Under the pieces are notes generated by a model. That model did not search any database. It saw nothing but the letters and a program-made list of their open reading frames with translations, and was not told the origin of the DNA. Below, one piece after another: positions 39,601-54,600 of a stretch of 64,000 nucleotides of DNA (its first letter is position 1; every line of letters starts with the position of its first letter). Origin of the DNA: Mytilus californianus (taxonomy: Eukaryota). Both the position numbers and the translations under genes were made by a program. The DNA is taken from NCBI RefSeq assembly GCF_021869535.1, contig NW_026262668.1, forward strand, positions 13,206,001-13,270,000. Direction: 5' to 3'.

Positions 39601-42600
39601 TCTATCTGCTAGTAAAGTTCTGTATTCATTAACAAATAATTCCTTACTTCCGTAAATGTTGACAAGCATACTTATAATATCTGAAGCTCTTCTACTCTTG
39701 GATGTGGTAGCTATAAAAGACATAAAAAGGTTTTTATATGCTATACTATTTATTATCTTGAAGAAAAAAAATGTAGGGAGGATATCAAAAGCTGATGCTC
39801 TTACAATAATTAAGGGTAAATGTTTTCTAAAAAGAGTTGAATTCCGTTTACCACTAACTTAATACTCATTGTTACTATGCATGTAAGGGCTGTTTCATAA
39901 ACACAGGCATGGCAAAAAGGAAAAGGAATTTTAAAATAGAGTAGCCACCCATAGACATAATTTTAGAGAGCTGTATACATTTTAAACCTGTACAACATAA
40001 TATTTCATTCCCAACTATAATAGCAAATTCAAGTTGACTTTCCCTGGTCCCATGCATATGTATATTTTCATGGAACAGCCCTGAGAAGATATAATGATAA
40101 TCCAACAACACAATTGATCTGGAGGCCAACATATTAGTCTCCAATGTTATACAAGGGTTTTTATACCTTTAATATAACCTATAAATCAAGTTTAGATAGA
40201 TAGTGACTAAAGGTAAAAGAGACAACAAAAGATTTGATATCAACATGATCAACATCTAACTCCTCAATGGATAAAAACACTTATCATCCACAAAAAATCA
40301 ACTGAAGAGGCTCTTGACATGGAGTGGGCTCATTAATATGTGGCAGGGTTAAACCAAACTTCTGGGAAGTCCACTTAAGGCATTCCAACCCCTGCCTTTC
40401 ATGTCTACCAGATAAAATTTGTGTTATAAAGGTTATCTAGTTTTGAGGTGATGACATTTTTTCTTCAAAGTAAATAAGTACTTCATTACAATTCAAAATC
40501 AGAATTTGCTTATTAAGAAAATTTTAATAAAGGGCTATGCACAGGTTTTTATTCCATAAGGCTGGATTCCACTAAGATATATTAGGCCTGACAACCAAAA
40601 GTCAACTTAATTAACTTTGATCCAACTCTGTTTATAATTTTTTTTAAATTAATATATAATACAATTTTTTTCCTGATTTTTTCTTCTTCATTATTTTACC
40701 TAAAAGCTAATCATGAACATGAAACAAACTAGATTTCTAGTTATATTAATTAACATTTAGGTTCTGAACACCTATAATTATATGACTTATAATACACAAG
40801 CATCTATAAGGTCAGACATCCTTTCTCCCATCCTTGACTGATAATGGTACACTTACATGGATCAGCATCTACAGGATCAGGCATCCATTTCTCCCAATCT
40901 TCATCTTCATTATCACTATGTCCTGTCTCATCAAGTAGTAATGGCTGTCCTTTAATCAACTCATCTAATAATTCATTACTTCCATCATCAGTTAAATTAG
41001 AAACTATACATCTGACTGTATCATCACGGGACCTAAAATCAATGGTTTATAGTTAATAATTAAAAAACTACCATATGTCAATCTGATGAGTCAAGCCTTT
41101 TTCAACTGAATTTTACAATTTGTTCTAATGTTGTGTTGTTACACCAGTGTCCAAGGTTAGGGGAGGGTTGAGAGGTCACACACATGTTTAATCCCACAAC
41201 ATTATGTGAGTGTCTGTCCGGTCAGGAATCTATAATTTAGTGGTTGGAGACTGTCTATCCTATTTGCTTTTCTTTGTTTTGTACATAAATCAGGCATTGT
41301 TTTTTCTGGTTTGAATTGTTTTTAATTTTGTCATGTTTGGGTTTTCTATCAGTATGGCTTTTGCTCATTGTTTAAAATCTTACAGCAACCTATAGTTGTT
41401 TCATCCACATCATTTAAACTCTGTTGTACAGTTGTTGCATTGGCAATCATACCACGTCTCCTATTTTTACATATAAATAGCACATGAGGAACTTATGTTT
41501 AAACTTTTTCTGTACTAAAAGATTTCCAAACATTATGTAAGCATAATTTTTCATTGCATCTCAAATATTTGTGATTATGTTTAATATAGTATGGTGTTTA
41601 TGTTATCAAGAACAACTATTTCCTTGCAATAACTTCATCCTTGTGAAAAAATTGTAACAAGTTTAATTACAAAAGGAAAGCCAACTATTGAAATTCAGGC
41701 TGTGTGTCTGAAAAACCAGCCAAAGGTGACATACAAGTTCAAGAATAACTCCAGACTAGTTGTGCTTCAGAGATTTTCTGACTAGGTGAAAAATAATTAT
41801 CACTGACATTATTTGTCACCTCGTCAAAAACTTTTTGAGGTACAGCTATTTCTGGAATAATTAATTATATACCATACCTTAAGTATTTTCTGACAGGGTG
41901 GCAAACAAGTTCTAGGATAACACCAGCCGGATCTAAAACTCGAAGAGCTCTGATAGCAGCAATGTAAGCTGTTAATATATCTGATGTGTTTACACCTGAA
42001 AAAAGAATCAGTCATCAATACAGATATACAAAATAAAGGAATTTTATTCATTTTTAGAAAGAACACATTGATATTAATTTCTCTAAATTATTTGGCAGCA
42101 CAAAAATAAGTCATTCACCTCAAATTTTTCAATCAAAAGTCACTTTTGATACTTTACCATACATAAGAAACAAACAAAAAATTACCATATAGATTTATAT
42201 TTATTTGCATAAAACAAGAAGTTACTTTAATAAGAAATTCCTTTTTGAATCCAGAAACATTTACCATAAAACATAAATCAGTCAAATAAGCAATGTTGAA
42301 ATTATGACATTTTTACTATCATAAGCTTTTCAAAGATACAAAATATGAGGATTTTTTACTTAATAAGGGTATATCATTTGTTTTAAAATATGTTTAGTCC
42401 TAAACTATTGCAGGAAAATACATGCACCAGGTTAGGGGGAGTGTTGAGAAATCACAAACATGTTTAACCCCACCACATTCATTATTTGTCCATCCTAAGT
42501 CAGGAGCCTGTTGGTCAGTAGTCGTTGTTGGTTCAAGTCTTTCATATTTCTTTTTGTAAATTGTTTTGTTATAAATTAAGATGTTAGTTTCCTCATTAGG

Positions 42601-45600
42601 CTGAGTACACAGTTATCGTCCTTTGATTTTCGTTGTCCACGAATAAAGTCCCTAGTGTGGACAGTGTGTTGCTTGCCAATTTTTTTAGTACCCCTTCCAA
42701 ATGTATTCCTTCATGTTTTATGCCTCAAATAGCAAGTAGGGGGCTGAAATTACACTGTAAAAAAATTTGGGTCATGAATTGTAAAGTAAAGTAGTGATTT
42801 GGTCCAGCTGAAAAAGGTTAAAAATTAGCACTTCGGAAGCTGTCAAAAGATTTCAAGACCCCCTTAACATAGAATTGTCCATATTTTGAGTTAGAGCCGA
42901 TGAAGTTTTCTATAATTTTGATATAATTTGTCCCAAAAGTAGTACAACACACTGTAAAAATATTATTGAGAAAGCGCAGGTGGGATTTTTTTTATTTTCA
43001 TTTATTGTCTAAAAGAAATGCACTACGAAATAACTGTGTACTCGGACCTAAGAGGCGAAATCAGTAAATATAGAATCTGTACTTTGGCAACTTCCCTGAA
43101 TGATATAATGGTGTCAATTTGTCAGATAGCATGAAACTAAAGGATTTAAACTTTTATTTGATAGAAATTCTGCAAAAATTACCCATTTTGGCATTATATG
43201 GTCAAAATAAGCATTTCAAAGCTTTTTCAATTTTGATGCATAAGTGGCATTCTAACTTTCTATGTGACAGGTTTTCCTGTGTCAATATTTGTGTTTCTAT
43301 GCTTTAACCCAGTTGTATTACTCATTTGTGAACTCTGAATCTACAGAAAATAAGATTATCTCAGACAATATGTGCAAAATGTGTTGTATAAATGACCCTC
43401 GTGTAACGGCCTGTTTGGATCAAGTTAAATGTGAGGACCTAGGTAAATAAAAGTTGAAGTCCATAATAAAGATTTCACTAAATTTGTATTAAAAGCACTT
43501 CACAATGTCTTTTGTACCTGTTTCATTTCACATAGTATCTTTCTTTTCTTATGTTAAATAGCAAGTGGTTCAAATATAAGCCTGCTGAGGCTAAAATTGC
43601 ATGCAAGTTTTTCACTAAAAAGTGAAAAATCTTTGTCAGAGACCATACTGTCTGCAAAAAAAGTTGAATGCAAGAGTCCTTTTATGCTCAGATTTATTGT
43701 ATCATGTAACCTGAGTATAGAAATTATAAAAAAGACACAAATTTTTATTTCCTATAGCTTCAGTATGCATTTTTAAATGTAAATATGTGCTACGGCCTAA
43801 ATTGACCCTAAATTATTTTCAGTCTTACTTGGCTTAAGACCCTTTTATACTAATATGGTATGCTATTTGTAATTTTTTTTTCCATTTAAAGTACATTTAA
43901 TACATATGTAAGGATTATTTATAACCAAAAAACTCCACAAATTTCAAATTGCTGGAAAATAATACATCTTCATGTAAGGCCCCCCTTCTTTGGAAAACCT
44001 CCATTTTTTGGCACAGGCTCATATAAATTTGACTTTTAAATAATTGTGATAAGTCTGATAAATCAAATGAGTATTCTATTGCTTTAAATACATAATATGT
44101 CATATATTAAGGCCTTTAAAATGTAATTTTTTGCAATATTTTAATTTTTATAGCCCCAAATGTTGATAGTTGAAATTTTTCAATTTAAACGTCATAATTT
44201 AACACGCGAAGTTGAATATAGAATTTATCATATTGTCTATAATATATATCCTATTGCCATGAAACTTTGTCAGCAGTCTCATAATTTATTAAGCTTTAGT
44301 CATACCAAGTTTTATTAAGATTGGCCAAATTTTTCTATCCTATTAGGTCCGAGTACACAGTTATCGTCCTTTGATTTTCGTTGTCCACGAATAAAGTCCC
44401 TAGTGTGGACAGTGTGTTGCTTGCCAATTTTTTTAGTACCCCTTCCAAATGTATTCCTTCATGTTTTATGCCTCAAATAGCAAGTAGGGGGCTGAAATTA
44501 CACTGTAAAAAAATTTGGGTCATGAATTGTAAAGTAGTGATTTGGTCCAGCTGAAAAAGGTTAAAAATTAGCACTTCGGAAGCTGTCAAAAGATTTCAAG
44601 ACCCCCTTAACATAGAATTGTCCATATTTTGAGTTAGAGCCGATGAAGTTTTCTATAATTTTGATATAATTTGTCCCAAAAGTAGTACAACACACTGTAA
44701 AAATATTATTGAGAAAGCGCAGGTGGGATTTTTTTTATTTTCATTTATTGTCTAAAAGAAATGCACTACGAAATAACTGTGTACTCGGACCTCATGTCTG
44801 GCCTTTTATAGCCAACTATACAGTATAAATTTTTCTCATTGCTGAAGGCTGTACGGTTGCCTATTATTGCTTACATTTACTTCATTTGAACTCTGGTGGA
44901 TAGTTGTCTCATTGGCAATCATACCACATCTTTTTTTTTTATTATTTATATCAAGTAATATATATCTAAGACGTTCCTCACCTGGATGTAAAAGTCTGGT
45001 TTCTAATGCTGATTTCAATGATGTAACCAACTGTGTCCTCACATCAGTTTTCTCTAAACACAATTTAAGATCTAAAATTGCTGGTTCAGATTCAGGAAAT
45101 TCTATTATGATATTGAAGAGCTGCTCAATTTGAATGTTGGCAAAAGATTCATACAGGAAATGGAGTAACCTCCCTTTGAATCCATCAATACAGTCAGAGT
45201 AGATATGTGTTCTGTTACCTGAATAAACCAGGTGCAACCAACCAAGGACTTTTGTATCTAACCACTGCAAAAATAAAGAAAAACATTAGATACTATTAAC
45301 TTTACAGTAGTTCAGATTGTAAATTTATACACAAAAAAATATCCTATAGTAATAATAGTATTTTTCCATACACTGCAAACCAGACAATTAATTCTTTACC
45401 ATTGGTAGATATTTTGTATAAAGAATCTAACACTGGAAAGAGTGAAAGACAGGAACTTTCAGAAACCCAAAGGTAGGTTTTTCAGTCTCGGACTGGTATG
45501 AGTTGAATTATCTAGTTATTCAACTTATACAAGGTTTTAAAAGAATTAAGCTTTGATTGATATTTGAAGGTAAATACAAAGTGATGTCTGACATTTGGAT

Positions 45601-48600
45601 GGGTATGCCATAAACATTGAATTATCTGTAACCTCCTTGAATGGTGATTAAGATATATGTATTTGCCACTTTGTAAAACATGTATCACACAAGAAATACT
45701 TAAAATATATTTTTGCTATGTAAAACCAAATATTTTTTACTCTAATAATGCAATAGTCCATTCTTTTACTTTTGTACCATACATTGTAAATCCTCCAACA
45801 AAGACAGAGAAACAAATTCTGAATAACAATTTATTACATAATCATGATAATATAGTGTATTCCATAGAACTCAAATTTTTTAGTAGCTTTAATAATTCTC
45901 TACAAAAATATATGTTACCAATTGAGTGCAAGGTCTTATATTTTTAAGAATTTTCTAAATCAATGATAGCAATATTATTAATCAAAGCGCGAAAGCGCTG
46001 TAAAGGCAGTTAATTACAGGTTGTGTGTATTTTTAGTCCAGTTATATCATTATCTTGCATAGTACATTGTACTTATCAGAGGTGGCTTTCAGTATTTAAG
46101 ATTTAGAGTTCTCTAATGATATTGAACAAGTTTTATGAATGTCATATTCTGAGCACTATATGAAGGCGATTGTTCTCACTTGTTTATGAACTAGTGCATT
46201 ATGTCCACTTTGTACCTTTTTTTATCTATGTTTATAGTCAAATACTGTTTAAAATAGTTTGGCATTTTCTTTTTAGTAATAAGTAAATGTTATCAACTGT
46301 ATTTTATTCAACTTCGCAAATGTGGTTTGTTACTGGTAGGTACAATGTATGGATGATAGTTGTTTCATTGGCAATCATAACACATCTCCTTATTTATATA
46401 AAATGATCTATATTCAACGACCTCATGATCAGGTACAAAAAAAATGTATGTAACTAAACTATGATGGGAAACCTTTGACTTCTTTCTTTTATATAAACTT
46501 TTGATTTGGTACCATAGAACTATGTAGAATAAATGTACATTGCAACATGTCAACTCTTTCAATGACAATACTTTTTTTAGAATCTATAACTCCAAGCAAA
46601 ATTATATTTCCAAGTATAAAGTAATTTATGAATGAAACAAGAGTGCACACGCTGAAATGTCTCGCCATCTTTACTAATCATTGATATTATGTTGATAGTC
46701 CTAAATATAAAGCTTTATTACAACTGTCACATAACCAAGTAAACTAAACATTGACCAATGAACCAAGAAAATAATGTCAAGGTCAGATGAACCATGCTAG
46801 GCAGGCATGTACAGCTAACAATTCTTCCATACAACAAATATAGTTGACCTATTGCTTATAGTTTAAGAAAAACAGACCAAAACACAAAAACTTAAACTGA
46901 GCAATGAACCTTGAAAATGAGGTCAAGGTAAAAAAAAACCTGCGTAATTGACAAATAGATCATAAAATATTTCCATACACCAAATATAGTTGAACTATTG
47001 CATATAGTATTAGAAAAAAAGACCAAAACTCAAAAACTTAACTTTGACCACTGAACCATGAAAATGAGGTCAAGTCAGATGACACCTGCCAGTTAGACAT
47101 GTACACCTTACAATCATTCCATACACCAAATATAGTAGACCTATTGCATACAGTATAAGAAAAACAGACCAAAACACAAAAACTTAACTATAACCACTGA
47201 ACCATGAAAATGAGGTCAAGGTCAGATAACACCTGCCAGTTGGACAGTCCTTCCATACACAGAATATACTAGACCTATTGCTTATAGTATCTGAGATATG
47301 GACTTGACCATAAAAACTTAAACTTGTTCACTGATCCATGAAATGAGGTCGAGGTCAAGTGAACTGTCTGACAGGCATGAGGACCTTGCAAGGTACGCAC
47401 ATACCAAATATAGTTATCCTATTACTTATAATAAGAGAGAATTTAACATTACAAAAAATCTCAACTTTTTTTTCAAGTAGTCACTGAACCATGAAAATGA
47501 GGTCAAGGACATTGGACATGTGACTGACGGAAACTTCGTAACATGAGGCATCCATATACAAAGTATGAAGCATCCAGACCTTCCACCTTCTAAAATATAA
47601 AGCTTTTAAGAAGTTAGCTAACGCCGCCGCCGGATCACTATCCCTATGGCGAGCTTTCTGCGTTAAAAGTCACAGGCTCGACAAAAAGGAGTTTTTAATT
47701 AAGAAATAAACTGATTCGCTGAGCGCAGCTGGATACACCTGCAGAGGTCCAACCCTGAACAGTTTGGGCAAAAATGGACACAATATTCAAGCTTGATACA
47801 AGTCTGAATTTGGATTGTAATTAAATATTTGACATATTATAGTTTCTGAATAAATGTAGTCAAAGAACTTGAAATTGGTTATATGAATTGAATTTATATT
47901 CAATTAAAGATTTCTTGCTGTTGTGCAATACACTGTGCTGTTGCGCAATACTTAATAAATCTGTTGCCAGACTATAAACAAATAAAGTTCAATTTCTTCT
48001 CAATGTCATATTTGAAATTTAGGAAAATCAATAGGGAGATTACATCAATAGCTATAAATAATTCACCAAAGTTTCATGCGAACTGCTTAAAGCATTTTTG
48101 AGTTGTTGTCCAAAAACTGGAAAATCCCCCCCTTTTTTAATGAATAAAACCCCATAACTCAGAAATGTAAAAAATTTATAAAATTCTAAAGGGAGCTTAC
48201 GGATTGATAATTTAGTCTTAGATGCAAGATTTTTTTATCAGTTGTTAGTGGCTTTGAACTAGCTGTCAGTAAATGCGAGTACTCTCAGATCTGTACTTAG
48301 TGTCTTTTTGTTGTTTGGATGTACAACTACCCGGCCACGTCCACTTGTATTTGTATTTATCCATCTGATGAGTTAAGCCTCTTTCAACTGATTTTTTATC
48401 GTTCGTTCTTATATTATACTGTTACACCACTGTCCCAGGTTAGGGGGTGGGTTGGGATCCCGCTAACATGTTTAACCCCGCCACATTCTGTATGTACACG
48501 TATGTGCCTGTCCCAAGTCAGGAGCCTGTAATTCAGTGGTTGTCGTTTGTTGATGTGTTGCATATTTGTTATTCGTTCATTTTTTGTACATAAATTAGGC

Positions 48601-51600
48601 CGTTAGTTTTCTTGTTTGAATTGTTTTACATTGTCATTTCGGGGCCTTTTATAGCTCACTGTGCGGTATGTGCTTTGCTCATTGTTGAAGACCTCTGTTA
48701 ATTTCTGTGTCATTTGGTCTCTTGTGGAGATTTGTCTCATTGGCAATCATACCACATCTTCTTTTTTATATTTACATCAACAGATATAAACAATTCACCA
48801 AAGTCAAACTTGTAAGATCTCTGAAATTTTTTACACAGTACAAGTTTTTCTAATTGTTGGAGATTGTACGGTGACAGTAACACCTGTAACTGCTTAACCC
48901 ATTTCTTATGCACTTTGGTTCGATAAACTCACTGAATATCATACCACATCTCCTTATTTTTATATGCATTACAATTTACATGTGCATGTAATTGTAAATA
49001 ATATTTATATATATATATCAGAACAAACTTCATTGTGTCACTTTTATTTATGTATCCTTTGGCACAATACAAGTTCTAAAATTACACAACATAAAACAAC
49101 TAAATGTTATTTCAGATGAAAGTTTTGTTTCAGTTCCATTCATAGGATTTATTAGAATTTTGTATGTTTTGCCAAGTCCAATAATTAGCTCTATGTGCAC
49201 GTGTTAATTGGAGACTTTTCTATCCCGTAGAAGAGTTTTGGAACTAATTCTGTTTCTTTTTTTTGAAAAAAGTGAGCAAACAAATCTTGCACATTTAAAC
49301 CTTTGTCTGCCATCACACTGTCACCTGGATCACATAATTGAACTATTCTACATCTTTCAACTATTTCACAGTCACTGGTACAACCAACATATGCATTAGA
49401 GACATAGTTGACTAAACCACCAGGTGTCGAACATACAAGTATTTTCAGTGTTTCTGTTTTTATATGATGAAAAGGTTGCCTGAGCTCTAGGAGCTTAAGG
49501 TTTTATCACGGGATATATTGTGCTGTCAATAATAATCCAAGTTGTAGGAAACTTTAATTTGAAGTTGGATGGCGAAAAATACCTGACTAAACCACTTAAT
49601 GGCCAAGTGTTAGCCTCACGCCACTGTTTAGACATAAAAACAATCCATGTTTACACAATATTCTTAACACTAGTTTCAATCTAGAATCTAGACAGTTCAA
49701 AGTTGGTTGTATAATGCCTCAATTTCATCAAAGTCATAAAAAAACTGATTTTCAAATGACACCCTATCAATTTGAAAATATGTGTATCTCAAACAATGTG
49801 CTGCTGGACCAAGTGTGGTGAAAACAAATAAAAATTTAGTATACAACTCTAAACCGGTATAAAAATGCATGGCTGTGTCACGTGTCTTCATTTCAAAATT
49901 CTCTGCTGAAAATATAGGCATTGATGGTGTTTGCGTAATTCCATCTGTGAAGCTCAACATTAGCTCGGCAGTTGGTGGTGGACAGTCATAAATCCTGTCT
50001 GCAGTATGAATGACTTCTTCAGGAAAACCAACTTTACAATCAAAACTTTCCTCTAGATTTCTACTACAATATTCATCAAGTTTAGTTCTTTTGTTTTCAC
50101 AGGAAACTGCCCTGATTTTTCTTTTTGCGGATGATTCAGTCTCTTGCTTAATCCAGGAAAATAGGCTGGGAATGGCAGTAGACTTAAGTCTCTGTATGGT
50201 GGGTTTGCGCTCTGAAAAAGGTTATAAAACATTAGTTTTTTGATAATTAAATGAACTTTCATTAGCAATGCATACTTATATGCAAAATATTAACTAGATT
50301 TATTCATTACAATCTGGATAAAACTATGTTAGCCTGAATCAATGTACATCAAAATGTATGTTATGTAAATCCAAAGTAAGTAAGTAAGTAAGTAAAACTT
50401 TATTTTGATTCGGCATATTGACAAACATACAAACATAAGCTCTAATGAGGACAAACAATGAGAGACGTATGCAACAAACATACATTGTTTGTACCTAAAT
50501 AACTATAATATAGATGAGAGCATGTCATTGTTTTGTTCCTGTTAACATTGTCATTGATATTTTTCAAGAAAGTCTATGAGGCATAGCTTATGCATTCCTG
50601 TCATTACTACATTAGCATAATTACTGCTAAAATAATTCTCAGTATGATTTACCTCTTGTAAGAAATCATTATAATTGTAGCAAGCACCAAAAAATCTCAA
50701 ACAGATCACATTGAATCGTAATCCAAAAAATTATGACGTCTTGAATTAACCACCCCCTTTTATTCTAAAACGATAATTGCGGTTGTAAACAAACTTTGGT
50801 TTATTCGCATGGCGATTACATATATAACTATATATTTTAAAAAGAAAATAGAGTTTTACCATGAATAGTTTCCTGCACGTAGTCTTTTTCAGTAAAATGT
50901 GCATTGCAAACAACAGCTGATTGAGATGGACTCCACGATTTCATCGTGTTCTCGTCCAATCTGCGTATGGGCCATGGCGTTGATCCAACTTTTCCTTCTT
51001 TTTAAGTCATTTGGAAATGCATGTCCTCCTCTTAAATGACATCCAGGTACACAACAACATGTACTTGGCATCGTTAATTAAAAATGCAACTGTAATAGTT
51101 GCACAGTGCAGAAACCGGAAGTTGAAGAACAGGATCGGCTACCACGGCGCCACCTATTCAGGAACGATAATTTGCTACTTTATATAACCGCGAAATAACA
51201 ATTACGTTAGACGGGTTCGCGTGCATAAACAGAAATGCGCTTTAAATTGTATAATATAGTTCATGTTCAGTCGACCATTAATTATTATATCAACGATTGA
51301 AATGATTTATAAACATCTAGATTGCAGATAACACTCGAAATTAACCCGACCTCTTTCCACACGGAATTCAAATAATTCTAGTTTGTCAATCGGTTGACTG
51401 CTTATAATGTAAAATACAAATATATCAAAAGTTTTTAAAACTAACAAAACACAATGATCGTTTCTCTATTTCCCAATGTAAATGAAATGAAACAAAAAAC
51501 ATTTTATATCACAATAAGAAGAGGAGAGAATCAACATTTTCCGGATCTACTTGGAGCCTAATGACCCCCCACGTAGATAAGTTGGATATTGCGGAAAGAA

Positions 51601-54600
51601 AGATTAACACGGCAACTAGAAAGGCATTAAAGCACTGCCTTTAAAAACAAGAGTGCACACACTGAGATGTCACTCCTATTTTACTGATCATGATTGAATT
51701 TGATGTTGAAAGTCTTTAAGTTCACTTGATTCAAGGTTTTACTGCAGATAACAAATACACTTTACATTATCAAGATCCATGAAAATAAGGTCAAATGAAC
51801 CATGCTAGATGAAACATGTACACCTAAGAATCATTCCATACACAAAAAAGTTGACCTAATACTTATAGTATCTGAGAAATTTGTGTTACCAAAAAACCAT
51901 GAAAATGAGATCAAGGACAATGGACATATTCCAGATGGACACTTCCCCCATTCTGCAAAATTTGTCGCAGTGACAAATTGTTAAAAATGAAAGTGTTTTT
52001 TTTTCATCACTTTTCATTGGAAATCACTTCTATTAATGTCTATGATAGGTTTTCTATGACTATTTATCCATATTACATACTGTTTCCAATATATCAATAT
52101 AAGATGTTTCAAAGTTGCCTTTGCAGGAGTTTTCCACATATGTCTTTATTCGTTCATGTACAATATTTGTGACAGCTGTTCCAGAAACTCTCTCCAGGAT
52201 ACCAATGTCATCTCTGAAATAGAAAACAATTAGTCTCAACTTCAACTTAAGTTTTGGATAAAACTGGAAAAGGGCAAAAATTGTCACTCAGGGGCATTAA
52301 CTCCTATAGGAAATTGGTTGATGCATATCTTATTGTGTTGGAACAATTTTATAATTTAGTTTCTCCTTGTCTACAATTTTGTACTATAGTTTCTGCAAAA
52401 AAAACATGGAAATTGGTTAATAACCATCAATCAAGGGCAATAACTGCTATAAGGGGGCACTTGACAATTTCAGCCAGGGTGATTTATTTGTAAATATTAT
52501 TGGCTTGGTGATTTTTCTTTGTAATAGTTTTCAAAATAATAACCACCAACAGACTGCTAAATTTGCTCAAATTAAACATGTAAAGGGCATTTACTATGTC
52601 AGTTTTACTCTTACTGCTTTAGTTTTTGAGATGTAAACTAAAAACTGGAGTGTTACCCTCAGCTTCTATTTTTAGCAACAGCAGTCATGTTTGTTGATGG
52701 ATCAAATTCCAGCAAACAATTTTAATCCTGACTTGCTAGGGAACATTTAGGGAAAGTTTGGTAACTTTTTGCCTAGTAGTTTCAGAGGAAAGATTTTATA
52801 AAATGTTTACAACAGAGAAACAGAGGGATGACCACAATGCACTTCAAATGATGCCAATAGCTCACATGGCCTTTATAAAGTGTATTAAACAAGGTATCAT
52901 TGATCCGGAGATGTATTTACTTTTTGTACGTGATTCAGCAATCATATCACTACTGTAAATTCAGAAATTATTGTGAGGTTTTTATTAATGCGAATAATGC
53001 GACTCGGTGAGTATCGCAATAATAAGAACTCGCATTTTGATAAATAAAACGCTGATCTAAACGTAGATTGTTCTGAAATCGCATTAATTAAACTCGCATT
53101 CTTGCCCATTTTTGAAAAATCGCAATAATAAATGCCCGCAATAATTTCTGAATTTATAGTATATTGATATTATTGGAAGGTTGACCAAAACATGTCTCTG
53201 TTTATACTAACAGTGTTCTGTTGAGATTATGGAAGTTGTCTATAGACATTATGTGTTGACAAAAGTATGTCTCTGTTTACGTTTACAGTTTAAGGGCATA
53301 CAATACAGTTTGATCCCACGATACAGATTGATCCCACAGTGATTTTCTTACGAAAATTTGCATTCAAGCTATTTTTCACCTTGTCAATTCAAATATGTAA
53401 TAAAAAATATATCTTCATGTGCTAAATATAGAGATAAATGCCTTTATGGGCTCTAAATCTTAGACTTTTACTTAAAATTTCGGTTTCTTGGACATTTCTA
53501 TCCTTTGGACAGATATTACATTGTACTTAACTTTTTTTTCAAAGATAAACACATGTGGATTTTTGTAAAAAGATTTGGAGTATGTTTTCTTTAAAAAAAT
53601 CATGCTCTTTATTTTAATGGCAATTCTTTGGAAATAATTCATTTTTATTTAATTTTTATGAGTTTAGAAAAAAACAACATTTTCGCTGTTTATTTATCTA
53701 ATTTTAAAAAGATTTGTCAATGATTTCCATAAAAATTGGAACAAATAATCTTCATACAGTATCAAGTTAAATGTCATTTTAAAAAAGAGGGATCCATGTA
53801 CATGTACTCACTTTCAAGCTAATGATTAAAATCCCTTGAAAAATGCATCTTTTCCTGATATATCACAGTTTGAAGTCGTGAAAAATAAGATTTTACGTTA
53901 GCAATATCATTACTTCCCCTGTAACTGTACTTATACCTTTAAATTTTCGGTTGAAATTATGTTATGTGTTTTATATCATGTTATTTGTTGACATAAGCAT
54001 GTCTTTGTTAACACTTACAGTTTTCTGTTGAGATTATGGAAGTTAGACATTATTTGTTGACACAAGAATGTCTCTGTTTACACTTACAGTTTTCTGTTAA
54101 GATTATGGAAGTTAGACATTATGTGTTGATATACAATGTAAGCATGTCTCTGTTTACACTTACAGTTTTCTGTTGAGATTATGGAAGTTAGACATTATGT
54201 GTTGACATAAGCATGTCTCTGTTGGCTGTTCACACCCTTTACAGCTGGTCTCTTCGTCATCTTCACTGTCTAAAATAAATGATAATAGGAATAAAGATCC
54301 TATATGACAGTCAGCTACCAATTAAGTTCTCTAGGAAAAATTGAGAACAAGGACATATAAAATAATTGTAGTACCACTATGTTTATACAACTTTTGTAAA
54401 ATGTATGAATTTTTATGAAAAAAGTAACTTACCGGTACATTACATCTATATACATGATAAAGATGCTACCAGTATACAGTGAATGAGAAGAAATATAATA
54501 TGTACATTTATACCTTGATCAGGTTCAGTTGTTGTATGATGAAACACTTTAAATGCATCTGAATAAAATTTATTCACTATTTCTTGAAAAGTTCTTGGAA

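Noticed and set aside
48362-48390. CTGATGAG in the Penelope-tail repeat (also ~41085)
   Set aside because: No stem II-GAAA follows.
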